In this document: one piece after another, positions 10,385-20,739 of the stretch
Layout of the letters: the number at the start of each line of letters is the position of its first letter
How positions within the stretch are numbered: position 1 is the first letter of the stretch
NCBI GenBank assembly: GCA_016839555.1
Contig: JAEOUA010000003.1
Span: 64,001 to 128,000, forward strand
Direction: 5' to 3'
Origin: Promethearchaeota archaeon
GTDB lineage: Archaea; Asgardarchaeota; Lokiarchaeia; Sigyniarchaeales; SOKP01
Length of the DNA: 64,000 nt
Notes under the pieces: model-generated
Seen by the model: only the letters and a program-made list of their open reading frames with translations
What the model was told of the DNA's origin: nothing
Database searches by the model: none
Translations under genes and position numbers: made by a program

Positions 10385-12133
10385 TTGGTAAAAAAAATGA
10401 ACGAGAAAGAAGGAAAAATAAAAATTATTAGAATCAGTGGTTTAATGGTATTCTATTTCATATTATTAGTTACTATATTAGCTTGGATTACATACGGTAC
10501 TTTACAAGGAGTCTTTGGAATGCTTTCTTACCTAATCATCGGTTTAATAAACTTCTATCCATGGATTATTCCGATTATTGGAATCCCTCTTGGTATATTA
10601 AATTTTCTAGGCATAATTGGTCCTGATATGTACAATTTCACCCTTAGCTTAGCACATCTTAATTCTTCTTGGATGTCTATAACTTGGTTTTGGTTTATTT
10701 TAGTAATTGGGAATATTATAGATATAATACTAACGCTCTTAATTATATTAAGAGTAGTCGAATTAATAACCGGGAAAAAAGAACCAAAAACGGATTATGC
10801 TTTGATTAATTGTACGATAATAGATGGGGATAAAAATAGTAAAACTATCAATAATGGAGTAATTTTAATAAAAAACATAGTGGATGAGGAAACTGATGAA
10901 TTACCAGGGAAAATTGTTGCTGTCGGTCAAAAAGAGGATATAGAAGTTCCTGAAAATTATAAAACAATTGATTTAAAAGGAAAATATATATTACCTGGAT
11001 TGATAAATGCTCATTGTCACTTAACCGGAAGCGGAAAGCCTACCTTTTTAATGAAATTAAGCGATAAATGGTTGAATAGATTTATAAGGATCCTCGGAAC
11101 TCCATTAGGAATGATTCTACTGAAATCAATGATGAAAAAGAATGCATTAAATGCATTAAATGCCGGAATAACAACAATGAAAACGATGAGTGATCCAATT
11201 TATATGGATCTTAAGGTGAGAGATGATATAAATGAAGGAAAATATCTCGGACCACGATTGATATGTGCTGGGAAAGGTATTTGTATCACTGGAGGTCATG
11301 GGGGCGTTATGGCTTACATAGCAGATTCTATACCTGAAATTAGGAAAGCAGTAAGACAGAATCTTCGAGAAGGAGTGGATTTCATTAAGATATTAAGTAC
11401 GGGAGGGGTAATGGATGCTGAAAAAATTGGAGAAGCAGGACGCCCTCAAATGACAATTGAAGAGATTAAAAATGCCTGTTTCGAAGGACATAGAGGAAAT
11501 CTTTTAGTCGCAACTCATTGTGAATCCACCAAAGGAATAGAAGAAGCATTGGAGGGAGGAGTGGATTCAATTGAACATGGTGCAGCAATACTCGATGAAT
11601 TAATTCCATTATTTAAAGATAATCCAAATTCATTAAGAGGGTATACTTATTTAACCCCTACTATCTCAGCTGGAATGGGATTGGCAGCGCTGCCAAAGGA
11701 GGAAACCAAGATCACAGATATAAAAAAGCAAAACGCGGTTCTTATTGAGAAAGGAATGATTCAGGGTCTGCAGAAGGCATATCAATCAGGAATCAGATTT
11801 GGAGTAGGAACAGATGCTTCAGTTCCCTATTCTTTACATTATGAGGTATGGAAGGAATTATATTATTTTACTAAATATACTGGAATGTCTAATCAAGAAG
11901 CTATTTATTATGGAACAAAAAATAATGCTGAACTTCTGGGGATTGATGATGAAACGGGCAGCGTGGAAGAAGGCAAATTCGCAGATCTGATTGTCTTGAA
12001 AAAAGATCCATTGGAAGAGATTGAAGCATTAGCTGACGTTGATCACGTTTTCATTAAAGGGTATTTTATTAAAAATCCGAAGGTAAAGAAGATAAAAGGC
12101 TTAGAAGAATTCGAGCCAATAGAAATTCAATAA
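10385..12133 (+). CDS. Amidohydrolase (prolidase-like) with N-terminal transmembrane region
   Basis: ILPGLINAHCH, TGGHG, DFIKILSTGG, ATHC, SIEHG, GTDA, GKFADLIVL; first ~125 aa hydrophobic. Confidence 0.88.
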   Translation: MVKKMNEKEGKIKIIRISGLMVFYFILLVTILAWITYGTLQGVFGMLSYLIIGLINFYPWIIPIIGIPLGILNFLGIIGPDMYNFTLSLAHLNSSWMSITWFWFILVIGNIIDIILTLLIILRVVELITGKKEPKTDYALINCTIIDGDKNSKTINNGVILIKNIVDEETDELPGKIVAVGQKEDIEVPENYKTIDLKGKYILPGLINAHCHLTGSGKPTFLMKLSDKWLNRFIRILGTPLGMILLKSMMKKNALNALNAGITTMKTMSDPIYMDLKVRDDINEGKYLGPRLICAGKGICITGGHGGVMAYIADSIPEIRKAVRQNLREGVDFIKILSTGGVMDAEKIGEAGRPQMTIEEIKNACFEGHRGNLLVATHCESTKGIEEALEGGVDSIEHGAAILDELIPLFKDNPNSLRGYTYLTPTISAGMGLAALPKEETKITDIKKQNAVLIEKGMIQGLQKAYQSGIRFGVGTDASVPYSLHYEVWKELYYFTKYTGMSNQEAIYYGTKNNAELLGIDDETGSVEEGKFADLIVLKKDPLEEIEALADVDHVFIKGYFIKNPKVKKIKGLEEFEPIEIQ

Positions 12134-12203
12134 ATCTAAGGGTTTCAAAATACAATAATTGGTCTAATAATCACTTAAAAGTAATTATATCTATTAAAGA
12201 TTT

Positions 12204-12923
12204 ATGAATGAGGTAGATTCTAACAAGGAATATGAGAAATTTTATTTAAATCCAAAATTCCAATTAATAACAACCTATATTTGGTTTTTTATAGGAGCCC
12301 TTATAGTTATTTTAATCTTTATAATACTTTCCGGATTTAATATTAGCGTGGCTATGAGTACTATACAAAATAATCCGCATCTCTATATTTTCATAGAATT
12401 TTCTTCCGTCGGGTTATTGCCAATTATATATGTTCTTGTTTCAAAAGATAGAATTTCTAAATATGGTGTTAATGCAGAAAATCTGGTAAAATCAATTTCC
12501 ATTTCATTTCTAATGGTTCTAATATATTTTCTCTTAGGATATCTTATAAATGGCAAAATAATGACCTATGAACCATATGATTTCAATTTAGAATTACCGT
12601 GGAATTTATTTTTTGGAATAGGGGGAATTATTGTATGGGGGCTACTTGAGGCTTTTTTCTTTATTTGGCTTATTGATAAAACAAATGATGCCTTTTTTTT
12701 CGAAGATAAAAAGTTAATAGTAAGTGCATTAATTACATCATTGATATTTGGTGTTTTATTACATCTTATTACGACAAGTGTATATAATGCGATCTATACA
12801 GGAATAATATTTCTCCTATTAAGTCTAATTTATGTGTATACAAAAAATTCCATAGGTCCAATAATCGCCTGGACTCTCTTAAATGGGCAAGTGTGGTTCA
12901 TAGGACAAATGATATTTGTCTAA
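12204..12923 (+). CDS. CPBP/Abi (CAAX protease-like) intramembrane protein with degenerate motifs
   Basis: WGLLEAFF, FGVLLH, KNSIGPIIAWTLLN in a multi-TM context. Confidence 0.6.
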   Translation: MNEVDSNKEYEKFYLNPKFQLITTYIWFFIGALIVILIFIILSGFNISVAMSTIQNNPHLYIFIEFSSVGLLPIIYVLVSKDRISKYGVNAENLVKSISISFLMVLIYFLLGYLINGKIMTYEPYDFNLELPWNLFFGIGGIIVWGLLEAFFFIWLIDKTNDAFFFEDKKLIVSALITSLIFGVLLHLITTSVYNAIYTGIIFLLLSLIYVYTKNSIGPIIAWTLLNGQVWFIGQMIFV

Positions 12924-12982
12924 ATTATATAAAAATTTGAAAGATATATTTTATAATTTTTAATATATGGTTCTTAAGGTTT

Positions 12983-13849
12983 TTAAATGATATTAAAGGA
13001 CTTTAATAGTTTTTGAGCATTTTTAATAAATATTCCTTCCTTAAAACTTTCAGGGATTGGTAATTTTTCAATCGCGGGAATTATTTGATTCCAATGAGTT
13101 AAAGGATGGTCAGATGCGAATAAAACTTTATTATCTACGTTATAATCCATATACGCATCCCATGGAAAATATTGATAGAGAGCGGGATGAGCAGAAATAT
13201 CTACATAGACATTAGGATGCCTTGAAACAACGGAAAAGGTATCCCAGAACCATGGTGTTCCCATATGACCAAGAATAATTGTTAAATCAGGATATCGCAT
13301 TGCTAAATCATCGATCCGCATAGGATGACCATATTTCGCCTCTGAACCCGCTGTTGAAACCTGATGTCCGGCGTGTATCCATAATGGAATATTTAAATCA
13401 TTAATTTTTTTCCAAATAGGATTATATATTGGATCTTTTAAGTCAAATTTTTGGACTGGAGGAACCAGTTTAATTCCTTTTAATTCTAATGAACTTATGG
13501 CATAATCAAGCTGGTCAAGCGCATCTGGAGCCGGAGGATCTATTCCCGCAAATCCAATAAATCGATTAGGATACATTTCAACAAATTTTGCGATATCATC
13601 ATTAGTAACAAGAATAATATCATAGGCAGTTTTAACATTCATAGAGACGATAACTGCTTTTTCAATTTCAAACTGATCCATTAGTTCAATATAATTATGA
13701 ATAGAAAATTTTGTCGCAACATTTTGCAACATTACTTTCATTCTCTTTTTTCTTTTGGGATCGAGCCCCCACATCGCTTCAGCTACTTTACCTAGGTCCT
13801 CCCAAGTGGCTTCCTTACAAAACGGATGGATATGAACATCTATTTTCAT
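12983..13849 (-). CDS. Amidohydrolase_2-family metal-dependent hydrolase
   Basis: IDVHIH, KGIKL, WIHAG, ILGHMG, VYVDIS, LFASDHP. Confidence 0.88.
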   Translation of the reverse strand: MKIDVHIHPFCKEATWEDLGKVAEAMWGLDPKRKKRMKVMLQNVATKFSIHNYIELMDQFEIEKAVIVSMNVKTAYDIILVTNDDIAKFVEMYPNRFIGFAGIDPPAPDALDQLDYAISSLELKGIKLVPPVQKFDLKDPIYNPIWKKINDLNIPLWIHAGHQVSTAGSEAKYGHPMRIDDLAMRYPDLTIILGHMGTPWFWDTFSVVSRHPNVYVDISAHPALYQYFPWDAYMDYNVDNKVLFASDHPLTHWNQIIPAIEKLPIPESFKEGIFIKNAQKLLKSFNII

Positions 13850-13995
13850 TTTTAAATATTACCGATTTTATTAGATATGTTTAATTTAGTATAAAATAAA
13901 ATTTTATTCATTTTTAAATTCATTATTATCAATTTTTCAGAGAAATTAGATCTCATTTGGAAATCTTTTGAGGAGGATTTTAACCCTTGTATAAT

Positions 13996-15342
13996 TTATG
14001 AAAAATATAAAAAGTCATCCAAGGTTTTCTGTTTCCTAATAAAATTAATCAATTTACTATTGTGTTGCCATTGCTCTGGGTTAACAAGAAAATCTTTACT
14101 TAAATTATCAATAGCATCATTGAAATTATCTAAAACTTGAGGTTTTGAAGATTCCATGGCATTTTTAACCGTTTCACGAATAACCCAAACTCCAAGTGGA
14201 ACTATATATCCAGAAGAAACTTCTCGAAAAATTATAATTCTCGCCTGTCTATGTATTTGATAAAGGTATTCACAAACAGACTTGCGGGCTGCATAATAAG
14301 CTCCTGTTATATTACTCGCATAGGATTTTCTCCCTTGATAAAATTCAAAATCAGTTAAAATCTGAGGTTTATAGTCACTAATCTCTGCTTTAGGAGTTGG
14401 ATTCCATAAGGAATTTGGAGCCCAGACTTCATTCATCTCGAAGGTAAATTTTCCCGGAAATAATAAAATCTTGAAATGATTATCTAAATAAGCTGCTTCA
14501 AAAATTTTGAATTCACTAATCTCAGGAAATTTCTTTATTTCTTCAATTAATCGTTTTGAAGTAATATCATCAACCGCGGTGATTGTCCAACGCGTGGGTA
14601 CGAGTTTTCTTCTCCTTTTCTCCCCTAAAAGTCCCGCCGAGAAAACTCTCTGAATTGTCGATAAAGGAACATTTCCATCCATGTATAAATAATCTCCAAT
14701 GGCATCTTGGGCTTTTAGATCGGTATCAGATACACAGTATTCCACTTTTGGATCTACTTTCACATTTTCGGTAATTTCTATTTTATCGGTATATCCACTT
14801 GGACCCATTGGCAGCGAATGAGTATCAAACATCATCCTTAAACTTAATTTTTCAAACTTGGTTTCTGTATCAGTTGGATGAGCAGCCATAGACAGTAATT
14901 GAGAATTTTCTAATAATCGCTGGGTTTTTAATGGTGGTTTATTTTTTAAGGTTTGCTGTCCGACTTTCACATTTATCTTAAAATTACTTCTTACAAGGCT
15001 GCTTCGATAAGTCATTACTTTTGTAAGACTTTTACCAAACCATAACTCAGGAGCATCTAAAATGTGATATTTTTCTTTTGGAAAATTCATATTTTTAGAA
15101 AATGTCGAGAAGGGGATAAGAGGTCCAACGGCGACTTTTGGATAATTAAACCTTCCAACAAAAAATCCGGGAGGGCTAGCTCCGAAAATATCAATATTTC
15201 TTAAAGATTTTCCCACATCAAATGGAATAATTGATTTTAATACCGATTTCTTTAATAAAATTGGGCAGGTTTTTTTTCCGCAGAGAAGTTTTGCGCCCTT
15301 ACAGCGCACGCACAGATTTTTTTCTGTTGGAGGTCTGACCAA
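13996..15342 (-). CDS. nreA: Archaeal Nre-family DNA repair protein
   Basis: CxxCKGxxxLCGxxxCP, GRFNYPKVAVGPL, LVPTRWTITAVD, PLGVWVIRE, C-terminal PIP box QKTLDDF. Confidence 0.9.
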   Translation of the reverse strand: MVRPPTEKNLCVRCKGAKLLCGKKTCPILLKKSVLKSIIPFDVGKSLRNIDIFGASPPGFFVGRFNYPKVAVGPLIPFSTFSKNMNFPKEKYHILDAPELWFGKSLTKVMTYRSSLVRSNFKINVKVGQQTLKNKPPLKTQRLLENSQLLSMAAHPTDTETKFEKLSLRMMFDTHSLPMGPSGYTDKIEITENVKVDPKVEYCVSDTDLKAQDAIGDYLYMDGNVPLSTIQRVFSAGLLGEKRRRKLVPTRWTITAVDDITSKRLIEEIKKFPEISEFKIFEAAYLDNHFKILLFPGKFTFEMNEVWAPNSLWNPTPKAEISDYKPQILTDFEFYQGRKSYASNITGAYYAARKSVCEYLYQIHRQARIIIFREVSSGYIVPLGVWVIRETVKNAMESSKPQVLDNFNDAIDNLSKDFLVNPEQWQHNSKLINFIRKQKTLDDFLYFS

Positions 15343-15493
15343 TTTTATTCTATCATCTCGATTTATTCTTTTAAATATGAATTTATTCTATCCCTAAGAA
15401 AATAAAAGAACTTATTTAAAAAAAATTATCAATTAAAAAATATAACCCTCAAAAAATGATTAATATCTTTTTATTTATAAGAAATTCAAGTGT

Positions 15494-16609
15494 TTATGTT
15501 TGAGATAAGAGATCAATCAAAGCACGTGGGATTTCAAGATAAGTTTCTACAGCAAAAAATTTACCACCACCTGCTTTAGCAATCTCTTTACACGTTTGGA
15601 TGCCCATATCAGCATCATTTTCGGGAGGCATCCCGATTACATGTAATTTCGGATATTTTTTAGCTATCTCCAGTGGATCATCCCCCCGATTGTAATTTCC
15701 ATCTGATATTAATATCCCAAATTCATTTTGTCTCTTACTTTTTAATCTCTTTAATTCTTTCAACCCCTTTTCAAGCCCAATAGAAATATTGGTAAATCCT
15801 ACGGCTTCAGAATCCAAAATCTCATCGATTATATTAGTGATGAGTTTATCTTCTGCCATTTTTTTTAAAACCATAGCTGTGGAGTTGAATAATATGATAG
15901 CATAATCCTCTTTTTCTAGATGATATGATAAAACAGAAGCGGTTAAGGCTGCGTTTAATAACAATCGGCCGTACATACTCCCACTTGTATCAAGAATTAA
16001 GGCAACCTTTCTTTTTTCTCGCTCTCTTTTTATTCCGTAAATATCTTTATAAGATAAGGTTTCATTATGAATTTTTAGTGGATTATGTTGGATTGTTTCA
16101 TCCAAATCAAATGAAACCATTCCCAAATGATAATAAGGTACAATTTTTCTTTTATATCCCTTAATTCCCCGACTAGTGATTTTATATGAAGTTTTTAAAA
16201 CACTTTGGCGTGCTAATCTTCTGAAAATTTTTTTATATTTTTCTGAGATTGGGCGCCTAATGAAAAAATATACTTCTGGCATAAAATCTGGAGATTCTTT
16301 TGCTTTTTCAGAGAAAAATTTCACGGCTTCTTCGCAATCAAGAGCATCAGAAGCCGCGTACACATTAGATTTTAATAATCCTCGGATAGCCTCGAGGTTT
16401 TTATATTGAATGGCTAAATAGGTTAATTCTTTAATCTGTTTATAATCAAGCGAATGGGCTAAATGTTGATAATAATCTGGTTTTTTCTTTCTCTTGCGTA
16501 TGATTTCATATTCTAATATCTTTTTATCGTCTGGAAGGTCAGTAAGCCTTACATGAAGCCGTTTATTTGTCTCCTCCTCTTCGGATTCTTCCTTAGAGAA
16601 ATCATCGAT
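15494..16609 (-). CDS. VWA-domain protein (MoxR partner); start inferred at ATC 16609 (ORF track starts at GTG 16363)
   Basis: MIDAS motif DTSGS, TNI, ISDG; the frame is open upstream to a TGA at 16625-16627 with no ATG/GTG/TTG. Confidence 0.8.
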   Translation of the reverse strand: MDDFSKEESEEEETNKRLHVRLTDLPDDKKILEYEIIRKRKKKPDYYQHLAHSLDYKQIKELTYLAIQYKNLEAIRGLLKSNVYAASDALDCEEAVKFFSEKAKESPDFMPEVYFFIRRPISEKYKKIFRRLARQSVLKTSYKITSRGIKGYKRKIVPYYHLGMVSFDLDETIQHNPLKIHNETLSYKDIYGIKREREKRKVALILDTSGSMYGRLLLNAALTASVLSYHLEKEDYAIILFNSTAMVLKKMAEDKLITNIIDEILDSEAVGFTNISIGLEKGLKELKRLKSKRQNEFGILISDGNYNRGDDPLEIAKKYPKLHVIGMPPENDADMGIQTCKEIAKAGGGKFFAVETYLEIPRALIDLLSQT

Positions 16610-17490
16610 TACTGAAAATTCGAATCATTGAGCACCGCTAATACAATATCGGAAATTAATTCTTTTTTTGTTTTTGAGATTCCATCTTCGATTTCGATTT
16701 TATTATAGAGCGCCATAATCGCGGTTTTGATCCATTTTTTTGTACTTCTTGAATTATTATATTGGTTCATTAATGCAGCTAAGTCAATTCCTCCTCTAAT
16801 TGAACTGCCTCTTCTAATTGAAGTACTCTCTCGTGTTTTTTGTATTATACGCTGGGAAAGTTCCGCTAATTTTTGAGCTTGTTTGTCTTTCAATTTAGCA
16901 TCTTGAATTATTATTTGCTTTTCTTCTTCAGGGCTCTGATAATCTAAATGGATCCATACAAATCTGTCCAATATGGCCTCGCCCAAAACAGTTACTCCGA
17001 TATGTGCAGAAGGATTAAGCGTTGCAATGGTAAAAAAATTTTCAGCTGCCTGAATTGTTTTTAATTTTGGAATTTCCAATATTTTTTCATCTAAAGCTGT
17101 TAATAAAGCATTTTGAGTAATTTCGGGCATACGATTAATTTCATTAATAAAAAGACAACCTCCTTTAAGCATTGCAGATGCCAGTGGACCATAGATATAG
17201 GTATCTTCTTTATATCCTTTAGATATGACTAAAGGAGGATCCCAATAGCCGACTAAATTATGTGTTAAGGTGTCTTCACTGCAATCAATGCGATAAAAAT
17301 TTGTATCAAAATAGGAGGCAACTGCTTTCGCAAGTGTCGTTTTTCCCACTCCCACCTCCCCTTCTATAAGTATATTTTTACCGACTGAATGTGCCAAAAT
17401 AATTTGTTTTAATTCTTCGGTTCTTCCAACTACATGATAATTTTGTTGAATTTCTCTAACAGCTTCATTAATATTTATCATACTATCCAC
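16609..17490 (-). CDS. MoxR-family AAA+ ATPase
   Basis: GEVGVGKT, LFINEINR, ATLNP, AILDRF. Confidence 0.9.
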   Translation of the reverse strand: MDSMININEAVREIQQNYHVVGRTEELKQIILAHSVGKNILIEGEVGVGKTTLAKAVASYFDTNFYRIDCSEDTLTHNLVGYWDPPLVISKGYKEDTYIYGPLASAMLKGGCLFINEINRMPEITQNALLTALDEKILEIPKLKTIQAAENFFTIATLNPSAHIGVTVLGEAILDRFVWIHLDYQSPEEEKQIIIQDAKLKDKQAQKLAELSQRIIQKTRESTSIRRGSSIRGGIDLAALMNQYNNSRSTKKWIKTAIMALYNKIEIEDGISKTKKELISDIVLAVLNDSNFQ

Positions 17491-17600
17491 AAATAATAAA
17501 ATGATTCTTTTAAAAAAAATAAATTCAAATCTTTTAATTACTAATGAGATTTTTCAAACCTAAATTGTACTAAAATGACTTAAATAAAGTGTATAGATTT

Positions 17601-18851
17601 TTATTTAGGAAATAATTTTACCATAACTTTTTCTCCCGCTTTTAATCCTTCTCTTTCTTTGGAAATTTCTACTATTCCATCGGATTCTGTGAGGGAACTA
17701 AGGATTCCAGAACCTTTTAATCTAACGGATTTTGCGATAAATTTATCTTCTTTTTTTTCCAAATATACTCGCAAATGATGAAGATATCCCATATGCGAGA
17801 CGGGAATATCTTTTTGAATAATTGCTTGCAACTCTTGCCTTGGATCGAGTTTTATTGCATCCATCATTTTTAGGATTGCAGGGCCAGCAAATTTTAAGAA
17901 ACATACATAAGCTGCTACTGGTGTGCCTGGCAGACAGAAAATTAACGTGTTATTTTTTAAAGCAATCAAGAGTGGTGACCCGGGTCTCATTGCGATTCCA
18001 TGAGCTAAAATAGTAGCATGTTCGCTTACCACTTCTGGTAAATAATCTTTCGTCCCAACAGAAGTCCCTCCAGTAAAAATCACAATATCTGAATCTTTAA
18101 TACTATTTAAGAGATTTTTTTGAATAAGAGCTTTATCATCTTTTAATGTAGATTCTAGAATTACATAACCACCATATGTATTCACCAAATTAGAAATCAT
18201 AGGGGTATTAGAATTATAAATTTGATTTTTTCCTAAGGGCTGTCCAAGTTCTATTAGCTCATCACCAGTCGCAAATACACTCACTTTAGGCTTTTTTCTT
18301 ACAAAGACGGTTTCTATACCTTGTGAACTAATGAGGGCAATATGTTCCGCTCTTAGTTCTGTTCCTTTTTTAACAATAATTTCATCTTTTTTAATATCTT
18401 CTCCTTGCTTAGAAACATTTTTGCCTGGAGTAACAGGGTTATAGAGTATAATTTTATTATTTTTTTTTTCAGTATCTTCAATTTTAATAACGGCATTTGC
18501 ACCTTCTGGTAATGCTGCTCCTGTTGAAATCCGAATAGCCTCTCCTTTATGAATAGATAAAGGAGACACTTCTCCTATTTCAATTTTACCTATTTTTTCC
18601 ACAATCTTAGGATTATTAGGGGATGCTCCAAAAGTATCCTCGGCAATAACCGCATAGCCATCCATCGCAGATCTATTAAAACTTGGAACATCGATTTTAC
18701 TCCTTATTGCCTCCGCTGTAATCCGCCTTAGAGCATTATTAACTTTGATTTCCTCAGTTTGAGTAAAATTTAGAGTAGAAAACATTCTTTCAGTAGCATC
18801 TTCAACGGACGTTAATTTTGAAAACCCAATCTTTCTTAATCTGTCTATCAT
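17601..18851 (-). CDS. moeA: Molybdopterin molybdenumtransferase MoeA (paralog 2)
   Basis: SAMDGYAV, ISTGA, TGDEL, TGGTSVG, LPGTP. Confidence 0.93.
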   Translation of the reverse strand: MIDRLRKIGFSKLTSVEDATERMFSTLNFTQTEEIKVNNALRRITAEAIRSKIDVPSFNRSAMDGYAVIAEDTFGASPNNPKIVEKIGKIEIGEVSPLSIHKGEAIRISTGAALPEGANAVIKIEDTEKKNNKIILYNPVTPGKNVSKQGEDIKKDEIIVKKGTELRAEHIALISSQGIETVFVRKKPKVSVFATGDELIELGQPLGKNQIYNSNTPMISNLVNTYGGYVILESTLKDDKALIQKNLLNSIKDSDIVIFTGGTSVGTKDYLPEVVSEHATILAHGIAMRPGSPLLIALKNNTLIFCLPGTPVAAYVCFLKFAGPAILKMMDAIKLDPRQELQAIIQKDIPVSHMGYLHHLRVYLEKKEDKFIAKSVRLKGSGILSSLTESDGIVEISKEREGLKAGEKVMVKLFPK

Positions 18852-18856
18852 AGTAA

Positions 18857-19399
18857 TTATTCTGTTTTATTGATAATATAACTCGTATGAGCTAATTCGG
18901 GTAATATTAATTCTATTAAGGCTAATTTCACAGCATTTGGTGAACCTGGTATTAAAAATAACGCTTTATTGCCAATTTTTCCCCCAATTGCTCTTGAGAG
19001 CATCGCCGCCGAGCCAATTTCTTTATATGAAAGATAACGAAATAATTCTCCAAACCCTGGTATTATTTTTTCTAATTTAGGTTTCACTGTTTCATAAGTA
19101 ATATCTTTTGGGGATAAACCAGTTCCCCCACTGAATATAATTGCATCTATAGTTGGAATACTTAAACATTCTCTCAAGGTTAGTTCTATATGGTCAATTG
19201 AATCAGGAATTATTTTTGTAAAATTCAGATAAATATTTGATTTATTTTCTAATATTTCTCTGACCAATGGGATTGTTTTATCTGAAGTTTTTTTGCTACT
19301 TTGTAATTCTTCAAATCGAGAGGTACTTACTACTATAAATGCGATTTTAAGTTCTTTTTTTTGGTTTGCTTCTTGTTTATGTTCTTCATATACTTTCAA
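18857..19399 (-). CDS. moaB: Molybdopterin adenylyltransferase MoaB/MogA
   Basis: SGGTGLSPKDIT, PGFGELFR, LSRA, PGSPNAV; TTG start with AAGGAG upstream. Confidence 0.92.
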   Translation of the reverse strand: MKVYEEHKQEANQKKELKIAFIVVSTSRFEELQSSKKTSDKTIPLVREILENKSNIYLNFTKIIPDSIDHIELTLRECLSIPTIDAIIFSGGTGLSPKDITYETVKPKLEKIIPGFGELFRYLSYKEIGSAAMLSRAIGGKIGNKALFLIPGSPNAVKLALIELILPELAHTSYIINKTE

Positions 19400-19443
19400 A
19401 TTCTATATAACTCCTTTAATATAAGTTTTAAAACATTTCGGTA

Positions 19444-20670
19444 TTAATAAGTGTAGAATGTTTTTTTATCGCCTTTTTCTACAATTTCCTCCAATTCTTC
19501 AATTTCAATATATCCGTCTGAATAGAATAAAGTACTGATGGCTTCTGAGCCCGTTTTGATTGGAAAAATCTTTTTAATACCGCCAACTTGTTCTATTTTA
19601 ACTGGTTTAAAATGATGTCGTCCTATTGGGCTATAAATTCTTTCACCAATTTCAATTTCTTGAGCATTTTTATCACGCAGAGGGTTTCCAGTTATTTTTC
19701 TTAAAAAATCATCTATAAAAATATAAAAACAACTTAAAGCAGATGTAGGATATCCTGGCAGAATAAAAATCATCTTTTTTTCAAGTTTTGCAAAAATAAG
19801 AGGTTTTCCAGGCTTTATCTTCACACCATGGACTAATAACTCGATATTATTAAATGTATTTAAAACTCTCACTCCAAGATCACCTTCTCCTTTCGAAGTT
19901 CCCCCAGATAAAATAACAATATTACTTTCTTTAAGTCCTTGTTCGATTGCCGCTTTTAACTCATTGAAGTCGTCCTTGATAATCCCCAAGAATTGCACCT
20001 CTGCACCTGTATTTTCAATGGCTTGTTTAAGAACAATTGAATTTATGTCATAGATCTTTCCTATTTTTAAATCTTCCACATCAAGGTTCTGAAGTTCATT
20101 TCCGGTACTAATAAGAGATATTTTAAGTTTTTTGTAAACGGGAACTTCTTTTATTCCACAAGCAGCTAAGATACCCATTGTTGGAAGATCAATTAGCTTA
20201 TAAGGATTTAAAACTTCTTCTCCCTTTTTTACATCATATCCTATATTAATTACATAAGTGCCAGGTGTAACGGCTGTTGAGATCAAAATTTCATTATCTT
20301 TTTTTTCCGTATATTCTACCATTACTACAGCATCTGCATTTTTAGGAATAGCCGCTCCTGTAGCTACATATGAGCATTGCCCCTTTTCTAATTCTTTTTG
20401 AGGGATATCTCCTACTTCTATCATTTCAATCAATTTTAAGGGTATTTCATTATCTTCTTCAGCTCCGAAAGTGTCCTCTGCTCTTACCGCATAACCATCC
20501 ATTCGAGACTTTTTGAAATGAGGAACATTAATTGGACTCTTTATTTCTTTTGAAATTACTCGATTAAAACTCTGTTCTAAAGGAATAATTTCATCTTCCT
20601 GTATTAAATTAGGGAGTTCATTTAAAATACTTCTAAAATCAGAAACTGAAATGGTTTTTAGAAATTTAAT
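19444..20670 (-). CDS. moeA: Molybdopterin molybdenumtransferase MoeA (paralog 1); start inferred at ATT 20670
   Basis: The in-frame upstream extension IKFLKTISV...EIIPLEQSFNRVISKEIKSPINVPHFKKSR-MDGYAV aligns with the N-terminus of the neighbouring MoeA; GAGGAG lies 6 nt upstream of ATT. Confidence 0.9.
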   Translation of the reverse strand: MKFLKTISVSDFRSILNELPNLIQEDEIIPLEQSFNRVISKEIKSPINVPHFKKSRMDGYAVRAEDTFGAEEDNEIPLKLIEMIEVGDIPQKELEKGQCSYVATGAAIPKNADAVVMVEYTEKKDNEILISTAVTPGTYVINIGYDVKKGEEVLNPYKLIDLPTMGILAACGIKEVPVYKKLKISLISTGNELQNLDVEDLKIGKIYDINSIVLKQAIENTGAEVQFLGIIKDDFNELKAAIEQGLKESNIVILSGGTSKGEGDLGVRVLNTFNNIELLVHGVKIKPGKPLIFAKLEKKMIFILPGYPTSALSCFYIFIDDFLRKITGNPLRDKNAQEIEIGERIYSPIGRHHFKPVKIEQVGGIKKIFPIKTGSEAISTLFYSDGYIEIEELEEIVEKGDKKTFYTY

Positions 20671-20739
20671 TGAAATCTCCTCTAAATTTATAATTTAAAA
20701 TTGTTTTACTATAAATTTATTTATTATTTTAATAATATA

